Counted from the stretch's first letter, positions 22,529-35,900 are shown. The stretch is DNA of 64,000 bases from Raillietiella orientalis (GCA_036172245.1 JAYWIR010000021.1:2418001-2482000), one strand, 5' to 3'. Numbers and translations are program-made. The notes: generated by a model not told the origin, from the letters alone.

Positions 22529-24455
22529 TCGATGCCGAGAACAGGGGGTGCGTCGTGAGTTTCGAGATCTCCCCTCGCAGGACGACGCTGGTTGACTCAC
22601 GGGTTTCGGGTGCGGAGCTGATGGAAGCCGGAAATCCCCCGGATGACCACGTTGACTGGCCGGGATTGGAACTTGATCCTCCGAGGTCCCTCCAGGAATC
22701 AAGGCTCACCGGTTCCCTCCGGGTTTCCCCTCCGGTTGTGAAAATTGAGCCATTACCATGGGTTGGTTGCTACCCCCTTTGGGAAGTTGCCTCTCCAGGA
22801 CGTCAGACGTGCTTTGTTCCCTTCGGGGAGCACCTTACACAGAAAATTCTGGAAGAGTCCCTTCGAGGTTCTCTTCAGAGGAGGAAACAAAGAGCAATCC
22901 TTTCCGTGGAGTCCCTCCGGCGAGAACAAGGAAGAGGTGGTTCCCTGCCCGGCGTAAGAGGAAAGGACTCCTTCTTCCGTGATCTTCCTGGATTCATGGA
23001 ACGGTTCCTCCAAGGTTACCCCCTAACTTGAAGAGTCAACACGCGCGCATCCCCTGGTAGTGTGCAACAGTGTCAAAGAGTTTCGTGAGCCCCCAGGCGA
23101 ACCCCCAAGAAAGGAAACCCGAAAAGAAAAGAAGCTGGAAGGAAAGCAGCGAAAAGAGATGAACCCAGCCTGAGGACTCCGCCGCGAAAGTGGAGCCTGC
23201 GTTCGGGACACCAGCGTGCCAGCGGCGTGATGTCAGAGGTTGATTCAGGTGGAGGGGAGCGAGTCCGCTTTCATTCAGCGCGTGGACGGTGCATGCGCCG
23301 AGCGCGGCCGAAAACAATCTTCCTAGAATCCTCCGTCTCCTAGGAGATCGGAGTTGCGGAGAACCCAGAGCTTGCCATGCCGACCCGAGCGGCTGATTCC
23401 TGGTGCCCGGCTCCTCGAGTTGCCACCTCGGGAGATGAGGGAGAGCCTCCCATCTCCACGGTGGGCATGAGAGAGCTCACGAATGCTCTTGAAACAACTT
23501 GCTGCGCTTGCAAAATTCCGGAAGCCTCGCAGCACCTTGCAGGAAGACGGCAACAGCGACCCCCACTGGGTTCATCACGGCCGCTGACGCAGCAACTCCG
23601 AATACGAGCCAAAGAGCTCCGGTAGCGCCTTTCGCGATGCAAGTGACGGCAAGGAGGAGCAGCATCTTCTGCATCGCCGCCGGTTAAGAAAGGCCACGAG
23701 CCACGTTTCTCGGCCGCGCAGCTCGGCAACGGGAAAAGAGAGATGAGCTTAGGGTTAGCTTGCGATCTTCCGGGCTCCTGCATGCTGAGTGCAGACGCAT
23801 TCACGAAATGTTTTTTCTCCTCCCTCTCTCTGCCTCCGTCTCTCTCGTTCCGCGATTCATCATGGATTCTGGAGCTTCTTCATGTACTGTTTGATCTTCG
23901 GTTCTTCTGAACTTCCATGAATATATATGGATGCTTTCGCACCGAACACCTTTGTGTGTGCAAAGTACTTCAGCGATTCAAGTGCAACCGTTAACGACGG
24001 AATTTTTACTGGAGAGGGAAGGGGGAAGCGCAGGGAAGGAACGCAGACGAAATAAGAGCGAACCAGCAAAACGGTCTCTTGCGGAGCCGAAAACGAAGAG
24101 TCTCTCCGGCGTTTTGGCTGCTTCTGGAGCGCGGCGTGCCGCCCGGGAGGAACGCACGCACGCGGGACAGAGGGAGGAACGGGATGGAAGGAAGAGCGCG
24201 GCGGCGTTTGCGAGGAGCGGCCGTGAGCCCACAGATGTTAACGAGGTCGCCTAAGCAATCCATCAGCGGAGGCAAGGAAACCCGTGCTGTACGCAAACAG
24301 CCCCACAAAGAAGTCCCTCAGAACCGCAGTTTGTTTGGCCTTTGCAGAGAGCTGACGCGAGTTCCCGACCCGCAGCCTCTTTTCTTGTTTTTCTCTTCTT
24401 GGAACGAAGGCATCGATCGTGGTGCGAAAGCGAATGATTCATTTGTCGCACGCGT

Positions 24456-24456
<1 letters not shown>

Positions 24457-24516
<60 letters not shown>
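24457..24516. repeat. (CA)30 microsatellite
   Basis: Read directly. Confidence 0.97.
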
Positions 24517-24517
<1 letters not shown>

Positions 24518-24562
24518 CGGCACACGCATGAAATCGATCAAACAAATTCTTCCCATACGTTC

Positions 24563-24928
24563 CACACGAGGAGCTCACGTTTTCCAGAGATTTTCCACTC
24601 TTTTCGGGCCGCTCGCGTAACATCGTTTTGCGATGCTTTCCCACTCCCGCTTTTCAAACATCATCCTTGCTGCTTCAGGAACCAGCGCGGTGCATCGTTC
24701 GTCCCAGAGCCCCGCGTGCCGGGTACCAAAGACGACGGCCGCACGAGCGGAGCGCGAACTGTTTCCAGGCAACAGCCAACGAAAACAGTAGACGGAATTT
24801 CCACGGTGGAATCCGAGCAACCGTTTCCATCGATTGCCCTGAGATGAAGGACGTGAGACTGCAGCCGAAGATTGCGCGAACGGCCTTAAAATAGTGGAAA
24901 CCTCTGAAAAACGTGAGCTCCTCGTGTG
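24563..24928. mobile_element. Non-autonomous TIR DNA transposon (MITE-like), 366 bp
   Basis: Left CACACGAGGAGCTCACGTTTTCCAGAGATTTTCCACT vs reverse complement of right CACACGAGGAGCTCACGTTTTTCAGAGGTTTCCACT. Weaker similarity continues about 30 bp inward. No clear TSD. Confidence 0.75.
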
Positions 24929-27199
24929 ACTGATCACCGCCGTAATTGAAAACGGATGCATCTGGTGAAACGCAAGTTTCTGACGAGACTCAGGCGCCGT
25001 GATCTTCTCGCGTCCCATGTAACCGAAGTCCGGAGTTTCCCCAAGTCCAGGTGGCAGCAGCTTATCTGCGAGCAAGAAAACGCCTTGGGAATTTTCCCCT
25101 TTTTCTACCTCTTTTTTTTTTTTGTGCCCTTTTTTGTGCCCTTCCTCTTTTTTGTGCCCTTTAGTGCGCGATCCTCGGAACAACGCATCTTCCTGGACCG
25201 CAATTCTACGGGGATACTGCCGCTTGCACGCGGCACTGCCCTGGAGGATTCGGTGACGCCGGAAGATGACCGGGTCCTCCCGCGCCCAGCAAGCGTCTCG
25301 CGCCCTGACGCAACTCAGCCAGCAGGCGAAATGTCGTTCCACAGGGATGTGCTGCAGACACCTTCTTCGTCCGCAGACGTCTTCTGCTACAGCCTCCTCC
25401 GATCGGCCGGCACAGCGACAACGCGGCAGCTCCCCTTCTCGACGAGCTTCCCAGCGTCCCAGGCGCCGATGAAATTCAAGGTGCACGTACGAGCAGCAGC
25501 TCTTTAAAGCCCGAATCAGATCTCGGGATGATGCAATGGCTCCGGAGTAACGCGCCCCATGGTGCGGGACGGAAGACCTTCGCCAAGCTTCTGCTTTGGA
25601 ACTTCCCTCCTTTCCCTGTAGAAAACGTAGGTTCCCCCGGAAGGGAAGCTGCTCCATAGGAATGGGCTCTGGTCTTCAACTTTACTTTGGAAACCAAGGG
25701 AAAGGGAAAAAGATTTATTTTTTTTTTCCCCTTGTGATGGAAGGCAAGAGAGACTTTCCAAAGGAGAACGGGGGAGGGGGGAAGGGGAGGGAGAAAAAAA
25801 AAAGGAAAAAAAAAACGATTCAATTTCTTTAAGATTTTCCCGAGATTGGCTTCCAGCTGGAAAGGATGTGTGTGCAGCGGGAGACGCAAATAGCGTACTG
25901 GTCAGAGGAGGATTAATCGTGTAAGCTTCCCGGATCCTTTAAAATTGTCTCATCGAAAGCTCTGCGAGGAGCCTTCACAAACACAAGGCACGCTTCTTTG
26001 CAATGCCAATCAGGAACCCGAGGGAAACCTGAAAGCTAGGGTGGACTGATGAATGGTCCTGATTAATTAGCGGGAATCAAAAAGAACGGGTTGAAGCACG
26101 AAGTGAGCAAAACAGGACGCCGCTCGCTCGGATCCAAATCGGAGACAATGGCGCCTGAAAAGCCAATCAATGGCGCCAAGTGATATTTTTGTTCGTGGAG
26201 AAAGTAACGACCAGGGGCAACTCGCGCTGCAGCCGTTCGTTCCTCGCGTGTATCGAACAGGAGATTCGGCCTGATTCCCGTGTTATCCCCGCCCATGTTA
26301 TTACCCGAACGGGTAGCGAGGAGGTCCTGTTCCCGAAGAATGCCGGGAGACGCAAGAACCGTCGCCGGTGTGCGCGCCTGCAGCCCGCTTTGCTTCTTCG
26401 CCAGCCAGTATCAGGTTGCGGTGGGGCTTCGTCCTTGCCCTGGTCAACGGAAGCTGCGATCTGGGTGTATTTGCATACGATGCGGCAGCACCCGGTCCTC
26501 CGGGTTCCACGGATGCTTAGGGGTCTTTCAGCTCCCACGCGGGGTTTCCTGGCTCTTTTGATGTGCACAATCCCATGATGGACGCTGACACTTGGAGCAA
26601 GCAGCTTGTCGGATGCCGGGAAGGTAAGCAAGGTGTCGATGCGTTCAACTCGATGACAGAGAAGATCATTCATCCTGGGTGCTTCGCACGGTTCTCCCTA
26701 CCAGGCTGCTCCGAAACAGATGTGCGAAACACGCTTCTATGGTGATGACACCGGTTTCCAGGGTGCGAAGTGCTCGTGCGGCTTTCTGCGTCCTCCTCCC
26801 GTTGCGGGCTTCGCTGCTCGGGCGCTTTGATAAAAATCGGTTCGTCGGCAGCCTCCGATGGACCCAGCATCCCAACCAACCACAGCCGCGCGAGATGCGG
26901 GTTGCGCGAACGGACACTCGAAGTCGTTTCCACCTCCGGGACGAGATGCGATCCGATAGCATTCCCAGGAGAGCGGCGCATCTGATGCAAGCGGTTCGGG
27001 AGCTGCCCTCTCGCCCCGAGCCGCCCCCCAGCGCCCCTGTTCGCGCGCCCCGACACCGCAGGCAAATCATGCGGACGGATTTCCGGACGAAGAGGCTGAA
27101 AACTCCTTCGCTTTTCAGCACGGCCACCGGACCACCAGACAACCAATGGGTGGTGGTCAGCGAGACACTGCTCCCTCCCCGTGACGGCGAACAGTCGAT

Positions 27200-27720
27200 G
27201 TATGTGCTCGCACTCGGAAAATCTGACTGAATCTTCGCCATCGGGAGAGGCAAAAGTGGATCTGGGAAGGTCTCCACATGGACAAAGCTCTCACGCCCGA
27301 AGCCGAGAGAACCACGCAAAGTAAGGAAATTCGAGGAGCAAATGCTTTCCCGTGAAATGATCGAACCGCTCTTCTCTCAGGAAACCGGCGCGGACTCGAC
27401 AGTTCAAAGTCGTGTACTGAAGACTGGGTTGGTCACTCGAGAACGCACCCTCCAGTGGTTTGCACAAAGTGCATTTGTGCGAATGCATCCCATGTTTCTG
27501 GGAGACCGCGATTCCTTTCACTGGAGGATCCATGACAAATGCTGATGATCGCACGAGCATCTCAGAAAATCGGTACGCTTCGGTAAGCAGGATATTCAAG
27601 CGAGGCACCATCAGCATAACCTGCAGCAGCCTCTATTACTGTTGACACATTCGGGAGATCATATGGTGGAAGATTTAAAGAGCAGCAATGAATCTGAAGG
27701 GGAGAATATCAAACATGCAA
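27200..27720 (-). mobile_element. Decayed EnSpm/CMC-type transposase relic
   Basis: Ordered motifs LIFSPSDSLLLFKSS (FNIDGLPLFKSS), AFVMDPPVKG..KHG..HKCTLC (FVCDAPARA..K.H.GY..C..C) and DHFTGKHLLLEFPYF (HH.G.SPLL.LP.F). Confidence 0.45.
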
Positions 27721-30700
27721 TCCTTGATGTACTGCCTAAAGTTTTGGAGCCCGGACGTTGTACTTGGAGACAGTGAATTCTAAAGCGCCAAGAGATCATC
27801 CCAATGCACTTTTCACTTCACACAGAATCGAAAACGGAGCAGAGGAGATGAGGAAGCAAGAAGTCATCATTATGAATTGCGGTAGAAAAGAAAAAAAACG
27901 AAACAATAAGATGAAATCGAAATGAAAAGTTTCGTAAGATTTGCTTCGACTACACCCAGCATCACTTGGGGTTGCTTCTGCCTTCCCAAGGAAGTTGGAA
28001 CAACGGAGACGCAGAAGGGAAACAAAGTCTAAAGGAAGAAAGAAACCGTTCTTCAAAAGGGCCCTATGAGGCAAATTCAGGTGAGAATGGGGAGGAATTC
28101 AGCATGACGCAAATAGCTGGAACGTGGAAGTGCCGAAAATGGTCACGGAAAACCATGAGAACGACAGGGATTCACCTCCGATAAGCTGTGGTTGCCAAGC
28201 AAGAAAGCGGTTAAGAAACTCCTGGAAACACTCTGGAGGTTTTTGTTTCTGTTTGTTTTTTTCAAAAGAAAAGAAAAAGCGAAAATCTCATTTTGAGTGT
28301 TCTTACAAAAGTGAACCTCCATTCCAGCTCGAACGCTAGATTGAATGGTTGACTGCTGATGGGGTCACGTCAGCATTCAGTATGGGTAGAAGAAGGCAGG
28401 GAATTTTCCTGGAACGTGAATTCATGAAATTCGAAATGCAGGGTTTTCGGGAATCGCCAAGTAAACCAGGAATAACTTCACAGCAATGAGTGATCTCTCA
28501 CTGAGCCCAAACACACCAGTGAAGTAAAATGCATGTCTCGGATGAGACACCGTGCAGCATCAGATCACAATCCAAAAAGACGCGGTTATCCTGCTTTCAT
28601 CCCGATTGCTGCCACCTCCCTGCCTCCGCTTTTCCCCGGAACAAAAGATCCAAAGCTCGCTGGCTGTTCTGTTCCTTTCCTTCTCCAGGGTCTGGAGCAT
28701 CAGCAGCGCGAGTTGAACGAGCGCCATCCGTTAACGCCCATTAACAGCGTGTATAAAAACTTACAAGACGCAAGACTGTAAAGTTCTCTCGAACGTTCCG
28801 TTCCGGAATCTTTCCTCGAGGCCCTCGCATTTGCATCTCGTTCCCCAGCAACGGGAGCAGAGAGTTTTGCGTTTACTGCCCCATGAATGCGGCGCCGGCA
28901 CAAGACGTTTGCTAGCCGTTGGATCAACATGGCTACCTGCGCTTCAGCGCGCTGAAATTAGCACGAGCGCTCCCGGAAAACTGCCCGCCGTTACTCTGGT
29001 TACCGTCACCAAGTAACGCTGCAGCTTCATTTCCTGGTTTCCCAGGAAGCGGAGCTTGAATTTCAAATCGTTTTTTTTTTGTTTTTTTGTTGCTGTTCCC
29101 CAGAGTAGAAAACCTCTGCTCCAGAAGAACGGAGAGATGCTCTCCAAGTGAAAGAATACCGAGGTACGGAACAAAAAAAATCGGCTCATCCCGACCACAA
29201 AACGATCCCGCAAAAATGCGCTCGAGCCAATATCCGTTTCGTACATTATTAAAATCACACATTGATGTGGCTGCGTCTTCCCACTCGGCTGGGAGACACC
29301 GCCGCCGTACCGGATGATTAGCAAGATCGTTATCGCACGAGAACGTCTCAAGGCCTCTCACACGACGGAATGTTCATTTTTTTTTTAAAAAAAAACAAAA
29401 AACAAAAAAACAAAAAACGAAAACGATTCCCGATTCCTATAAAGTCCCGAGTTTGCACGCCTTCTCGCGAGTGGTAGGAGTTCGGAGAGGCCAATGTAAC
29501 ACGAACACAGTGCACCCATGTGACGTCTTCGTCCCCCGGCCACTGTACGCTCTCAAAAACCATACCTGGGAGTATCCCTGAAGTTCGACCAGCAGTTGTC
29601 TCTCACAAAATGCATTCCTGGAGCCGAGGATGCAACCTATCGTGCATAACACACTTCGTACTGAGGGAAATTCCCACTGAATTCATGAGTGCGTTTCTAT
29701 TATGAACGTAGATTGCTGCGGAAAGTGATCTCGCAGGTGGAAAATCCTGTGAACAGACATCGTAAAGCACCTGACTAAAGCTCCTGGCTTCACAGAACGC
29801 GCTCCCCTCCCCCTTCCCGTTCCCCTTGCTCGTTGCTGGGGATAAACGAACGGGAACCCGACGGAGTCGAAATATGATCCTGGTATTCCACATCATCGTC
29901 TGACAAACACGTGAATTCCCTTCCAGTTCCTTCTTTATCCACCGCGGGGCCGTAGCGTATGCATCCAAATCATCCTGATAGTGACATCCTCTCAGTCTAA
30001 TGTTCTTGCATCCTGAAGAGAACACCGTGCCGCATTGCTCCACGGGAATTTCGGATTCAGTGGGCCGTTTGCCCGCCTGCTGGGTGGCAAGGAAAACCGA
30101 ACATCCCAGGGAGACGATGGCGAGCGGTCCGACGCAGATGCCAAAGGAAAGTCGCAGAGTCAGATCGGAACTCCACCGTTTCAGAGGAATTTTTCGAAGC
30201 ACTCTCCACTAGGCAGGGGGGAAGATGCATCTGAGAGAAGGCTATGAACACCGGGTCATAAGAATGCGCATGGGTCTCTTTTTAGAAAAAAAGAAAAGAA
30301 AAACACTTGCTTTCCAATCATCCCCATCCCAAGCTTGTTGTATCGACCATCCCAACCAATGAATGGGAAAGTGCAGAAGGCTGGAAGGTTTTCTCCGCTG
30401 ATAGAAAAGAAAAAAGAAAAAATCGCTTGCACATTCGGAAGAAGATGCAGCTTCCTTGCCACTCATCGCACATTGAATGGCCTCGCATGCATCTCCGTCA
30501 GTTTCAAACAGCGTCTTTGGATTCCGACGAGTAGTGAATTTTTTGAAATGCTGCCCATCTCAGAAGTACCACTGCCGAATATCCATCATTCGCCATTTTT
30601 CACTCGAGGAATTATCTTCGAGTTTGCTCATCCATCTTCATTTATGAGATACTACCCGGTAGTGCTTGTCCCTTAATCAGATATCCTGATTGTAATCTAG

Positions 30701-31719
30701 AAGATTTTAAGTCTCTGGATACCATAAAAATGGATATATTCGTCTTTTATGAACATCGTGAAGGCTGTTCGTTTTCAACTACCAGGATTTTGCAAATCTT
30801 CGGGTTCATAACTTCTGGAACACGGACCGAAGGCTTTCGTAATTTCGGGATCGACCATTTTCTCTACGTGTCACTCATCTTTCCTGATAAATCAATTGGG
30901 GAGGAAGGAAGCGCCACCCCCGCGGACTCGTTAAAGTGTGAAACATCCACGGAAAAGTCGATACTCTCAGATCACTCTAAATGTGCTTCCGGGTGACTCG
31001 GCGGCTCCCCATGACCGGTTGCATCTGGAGTCCGTGAGCCCGCGTTCCAGGAAAATCCGTCCCCTCCCACCCACACTGAGCACTGACGTGTCCACGTATT
31101 GACCAAGCACGGAATCGTCCAGGGCACACTGCATTCGGACCTCCGTTCACCCACTTAGCGACGGTTGGTTTTCCATGGAAACCAGCTGCGGAAAGCCAAC
31201 GAAGTTATGGAAATCTGCTGGAAGTTCTGTTTTTGTTCAAAACAAATCATCCCTTTATTTTTCGCTTTCTCAGCTGTCGGCCGGGTTCCTCTCTGAATAC
31301 CAATTTCACAGATGAGCCTGAGATGCTGACATGTTGAGTTCCGGCAAAACGCCCCACTGATTGTTATCAGTGGGGCGTTTTGCCGGACGTTGTCTGCTGT
31401 GAACACTTGACTTATTCCCGACTTCAATCGTTCCCTGCTTGAACTGCACTGCATTTTTTTTTTTTTTTCTTCCCCCTCCCCGCCCACCCCGGTTCCCTTT
31501 TTCCGATGTTCCCGAAAATTCAAGAACAGGAGGGGAAGTTACGCACACCTTTCTGCTGCCTTTACAAAGGACGTCCAGAATTCTGTGATACCAAGGTGAC
31601 TGTTTTGCAACGGCGAGGGACTCGTGACCTTTTCTTTCGCTCCCGAGAAAAAGTCAAAGCTTCGATTCGGAAGGAAGGAGGCGCTTTGCTGCTCTTCCTT
31701 TCCTGAGATCTTGCAGCAC

Positions 31720-32370
31720 ATGACCGTGGCTGACGATCCTTCGGAAAAGCTAAGACGAAAACGAAATCAATGCCCTCAGGAAAGTCAGACGCAGAGTCGT
31801 TTTGTTCAGCCATGTCTGAGCCTTCCTTCCGATCTTGAAGTTGTTGTTGGTTGTCCGAAGATGCGACAGAACGGACGACGTCTGTAGCAGGATGAAGAAA
31901 CCGGAAGTCTTTCTCTCTGCTTCCGAGGGGAAGAGGTCGTTTTATTTAGGAAAGTGTCCGTGGTCTGGAAGAGTTGAAAAGGCAAGCATCCAAATCCAGG
32001 ACTCTGGAGATGAATTGCAAATCAAAGTCCGCTTCGTTGTTTTTGTTTTCATATTTGGGATTTCTGTTTTCGCTGTTTCGAGTCTTTGCTTCGGGAAAGG
32101 GAGTGGGCTAGGAAAGGAATTGAATTATCTGGAAGAGCGATCGTTTGCGACCCACCGAAAATGAAGGGATTTCTGTATCCCGAGTAATTTGATATGAAAG
32201 AAACTATCTGAAGAAAAATGATTACATGGAAGCCGTTCTCGGCAGCTCCCAATTTTTGAATCCCATCTTATGGAACGGAATTTATTCGGAGAGCCAAACC
32301 TCGGAAATCGGCTTTGGTAGCATCTCCCGTAGCTCTCTCCATTTGCTGGACGCAGGATAGAAGGTTCTTC
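31720..32370 (-). mobile_element. Decayed CR1-like LINE RT relic
   Basis: EPSILRPANGES (P.NYRPIS), AENGFH (QHGF), LAFSTLPDHGHFPK (KAFD.V.H..L..K), KIGRKAQTWLNK (G..G....WI). Confidence 0.35.
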
Positions 32371-32589
32371 GAAATGATTCGATCTCTTTCGGAAAAAGAG
32401 GAAGAGGAGCAAATATATCCTCATGCTAAAATCACTACTTTGAGTTGAGCATTGACTCTGCATCCATAATGGAGTAGCCATTTCGAAAATCCGGGCGCTT
32501 GGTTAAGGCTTCGGTTCCTGTCTTCCGCTTGCCAGCCAGGGTTCGTTGAGAGCCGTTTGCAGCTGCACTCTTCGACCCATCTTTCCTCT

Positions 32590-32900
32590 TCCTCGCGTTC
32601 CGAAAGGCATCCTAGTTACCGTACGACAGAAAAGCACTACGTGGATGTCAGAGAACGATCGTGTGGCCAAACGTGGAGAACAGACCAGAGGTCATCAAGG
32701 GTTTTGGAGACTGCCTTTGGGGAGGTTGCAGACTCATTGGTCGGCTTTCCTCAAAAGAAATTCAGCGCTTGCAGTTTGCAGATGCTACCGGCACGACCAA
32801 AGCCACTAATTCAGCTCTTCAAGTGGTCCTCCAGTTCCTCCATCAAAGTGGGAAAACTCCGGAAACGAATATCCCTAAACTGAGATGCATTCCCGGGTCC
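32590..32900 (+). mobile_element. Decayed RTE-like LINE RT relic (domains 4-6)
   Basis: IQRLQFADA..SALQVVL..ETNIPK resembles LQYADD...LQ..L...GL.INI.K. Confidence 0.4.
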
Positions 32901-35900
32901 GCTTATCTCGAGATTTTCGCGGAATCGTGGAATGTTTGCTGCCTTTCGGATCCAAGAAGTTCCCTCATAGCGAGACGGAAACGATCCATTGGATCTGCCG
33001 AGGACAAAAAAAGTGATCCGCACCGCCCTCTGCTTAATGACACTGCAGTGTGTTTTTTTTTTTTTTCGTTTTGTTTTGCTATGGGCGCCCACGCATGGCT
33101 TTCCAGATATCTTCCGCTTCCGGGAACTGTTTCTATGGGAACACTAGCAAAAGGAATTCACCGGACAGGGATGGAAAATCTGGTCCCGTTATTTTTCAGT
33201 GGGAAAACATATCGCCAAGGAAACTTTTAGCCTGAGAGAAAGAGTCTGCAAACGAGAACGATCTTTAAATGTTTAGCGGAGGTTTCTGCTTCAAACCTGG
33301 AAAGGAAGCGCAACGGTGGGGACAGAAGCACGGGGAAGCGAATGTGGCGGAGGTAGCAATGAAAAAGACTGGAATGCCAAAGAGTCAGCTTTCCGACGAG
33401 CATCTTCCAGCTTGCAAAAGAAAGGGACCTCTTGACGAGTACGTTCAGCGGAAAGGCCACTGCCGAGGCCCGAGAGCGGATCCCCGTCGAAGAGGTTCGA
33501 CTTTGCCCCTCGGCAGCCCCGGTGCACCCACCCGACTCAAGCAGCAAGTCTTGTCCCGGAAGTCACTCCGAAACGGGAGCAGCTTCACTCTGAGATGCGA
33601 TAGCGGGAAGCTACGTCGAGTCGCGTGGTTCAAGAGATCCGGATCTGCGAGCAAACTGAGGCTGCGGTCGTGGCCACGGGGACACGAAAGCGAGGACACA
33701 TGCACACACAGCATTCGCCGGCAGTGGGCCCAGTGCACCGTTTCGAAGAAAAAAAAACCATCTCCAACTTACCACATGTTTTGCTTTGGAATGTGCACTC
33801 TTCCAAGCACCTACTTCCTGCGGTCACTGGAACTTTACAAAAGGGATTTGCACTCGGTCATCAAATAACCATCTACAAATACACTCTTGAAAGACTGGAG
33901 GGATGGAAAATACATCCACGTGGATTTGCCATCGCGTAGAAACGGGCTAGTTTATTCCTGGCGAGAACTACCAATTCCACCAACCATTGCACTCCGATAT
34001 TCCTTCCTGGAGAGTGTGCCCTCAACAAACCAGGTCCTCAGCGCGACCAACCGCTCCCCACTTCATGCGATCAACTGGTTGGAGAAACATCAGAAAGTCT
34101 TCCCCAACTAAAATGTTTGTCTATTCTGCTCTTTAATCACGGCAAGCAGAATCCGAGCCATGCGCAGTGCCGCCCTCTTCGTCCTGTCAGATCGCAATCA
34201 TCAACGTTTCGTCGCATCGAATTTACAGCACAGCACTCGCCGGCAACAGGGAACGGGAACCGGTACGCGGTCAGACACATCCGTCCCCCATGCCGTGCTT
34301 ACGATGTGTGTCCCCCGGGGCAAGCCAGCAATCCTTTTTCCGGTGATCTCATGTGCCAAGCTTCAGCCACCGTGCATCCGGAGCCGTTCCGGCCAAAGCG
34401 CGAGGCCTTCCTTTTTCAGCCGGTTGCTGCGCCCGAGCCCGGATGTTCCGTGCTGTGCAACGAAACGTTCCCCCTGGGTAAATTCAAACAAATTTGCAAA
34501 TGTATATACCTTGATGACTTGCATTATTGATCGGGCTTCATTCCCATGTTCGTCTGATCCAGGTGTTGTGCATGTGTGTTTGTGTGTGTGTGTTTTCTCC
34601 TGTCACACGGCGCATGCGCGGAACATTTGATCTGTTTGTATTCAGTTAGCGCGTTAACCCTCCATTACAAATTTCGGATGTTTCGAGCCCGGTGCGAGAG
34701 CTGCCGTGTATCGCAAAACACGACGAACCAATCATAAAGGGAAAAGAAAATCTTTGGAATGGTCCAGACTCGTCCCAGCGCCTTCTTTCGCGAAACCGCG
34801 CAATCGGATGAAACAAATTGCCAGCATCCATTATCATGATTTATTTTCTCAGGCATGATGCGAAGCCGTTGCCGCACATCATAAACACATACCAGAGGAA
34901 AACTGAGCCATAAATTATGCATTTGATTATATTCAGGTGCACACGCGAAAGGATTCCTCCAGGATCGAATTGCAGGCAGGAGCGCGATCTCCCTGCCATC
35001 CGCATGCACACTCGGGAAACGCCGATGCGCAGGCCGGAGTCCCGTTTTCAGCATCCCTCGTCTGGCTTTGGCAAAACGGAACAGCCCGCACCTGCTCTGG
35101 GACCACAGTGCTCGGCTGCGCCCCTTCGGCAGCGTGAGGCGTCCACGTGGCAAGCGCCAGACGCCCGCTCCCGAGGAACAAAGCAGCCGTCCCTTCCCCG
35201 CTTCCAGTCCACCGTGGATGCGTCCGAGAGGGTCGCCGTTCCCTCGCCGTTCGCCGGTTCGATCTACCCGTGAGGGGGGGAGGGAAGGCGACTCGTATTG
35301 GACAGTGGGCGCAGAGCTTCGCCGTTCTCCCGAGAGCCCGCGGAGGGAGCTTTCCGACGAGCTCGGAAGAGGCAGGATTCTACGGAAGAGTCAAGACTGG
35401 AACGAGGTCAACGCTTTCGAGAAAGTCGGGCGCGAAGCCATTTCGTTCGACCTTTCCTGTGTCTTTCTTCCGATCACATGCCGCGGGTACTTCCGAGCTC
35501 CCGGGTAAAGGGGGTGGAGTTCATTCGAGAGTCACTGCCACCCTCCCCCCCCCCCAAATCGTGGTTGTCATCCTCCATGCAATCCCATGAATGAGAAGTC
35601 TCTGGACCGGGCTGAGAAGCAAAATACAATTCCTCTTGTCCACCTTCTCAGCCCAGTAGAACATCCCCTATCGTAGGAACATGGGTGGCTGGGTGTTTGT
35701 GGATCTACTGCGTGCGACCTGCTTCTGCATCACAGGGCGCTGACGTGAGCGCTGAGAAGAGCGCCAAAATGGTGTCCGACAAGTGCAAGAAAAGTTACCG
35801 GCAAACTGATCATCACACCCACAATGTCCAGCGCCACCCCGGGAACAGTGATGAGGTTTCCCGGACCTGTGACGCCGGAGAGGTGTTTTCAAAAAAAACA

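Noticed and set aside
24079..25657. ORFs with HTHT/CVCV runs and the 360-aa minus ORF
   Set aside because: Products of the (CA)30 microsatellite, the MITE and GC-rich open frames; no domain signal.
34653..34670. TTAACCCT piggyBac-like end
   Set aside because: No matching AGGGTTAA partner found in the window.
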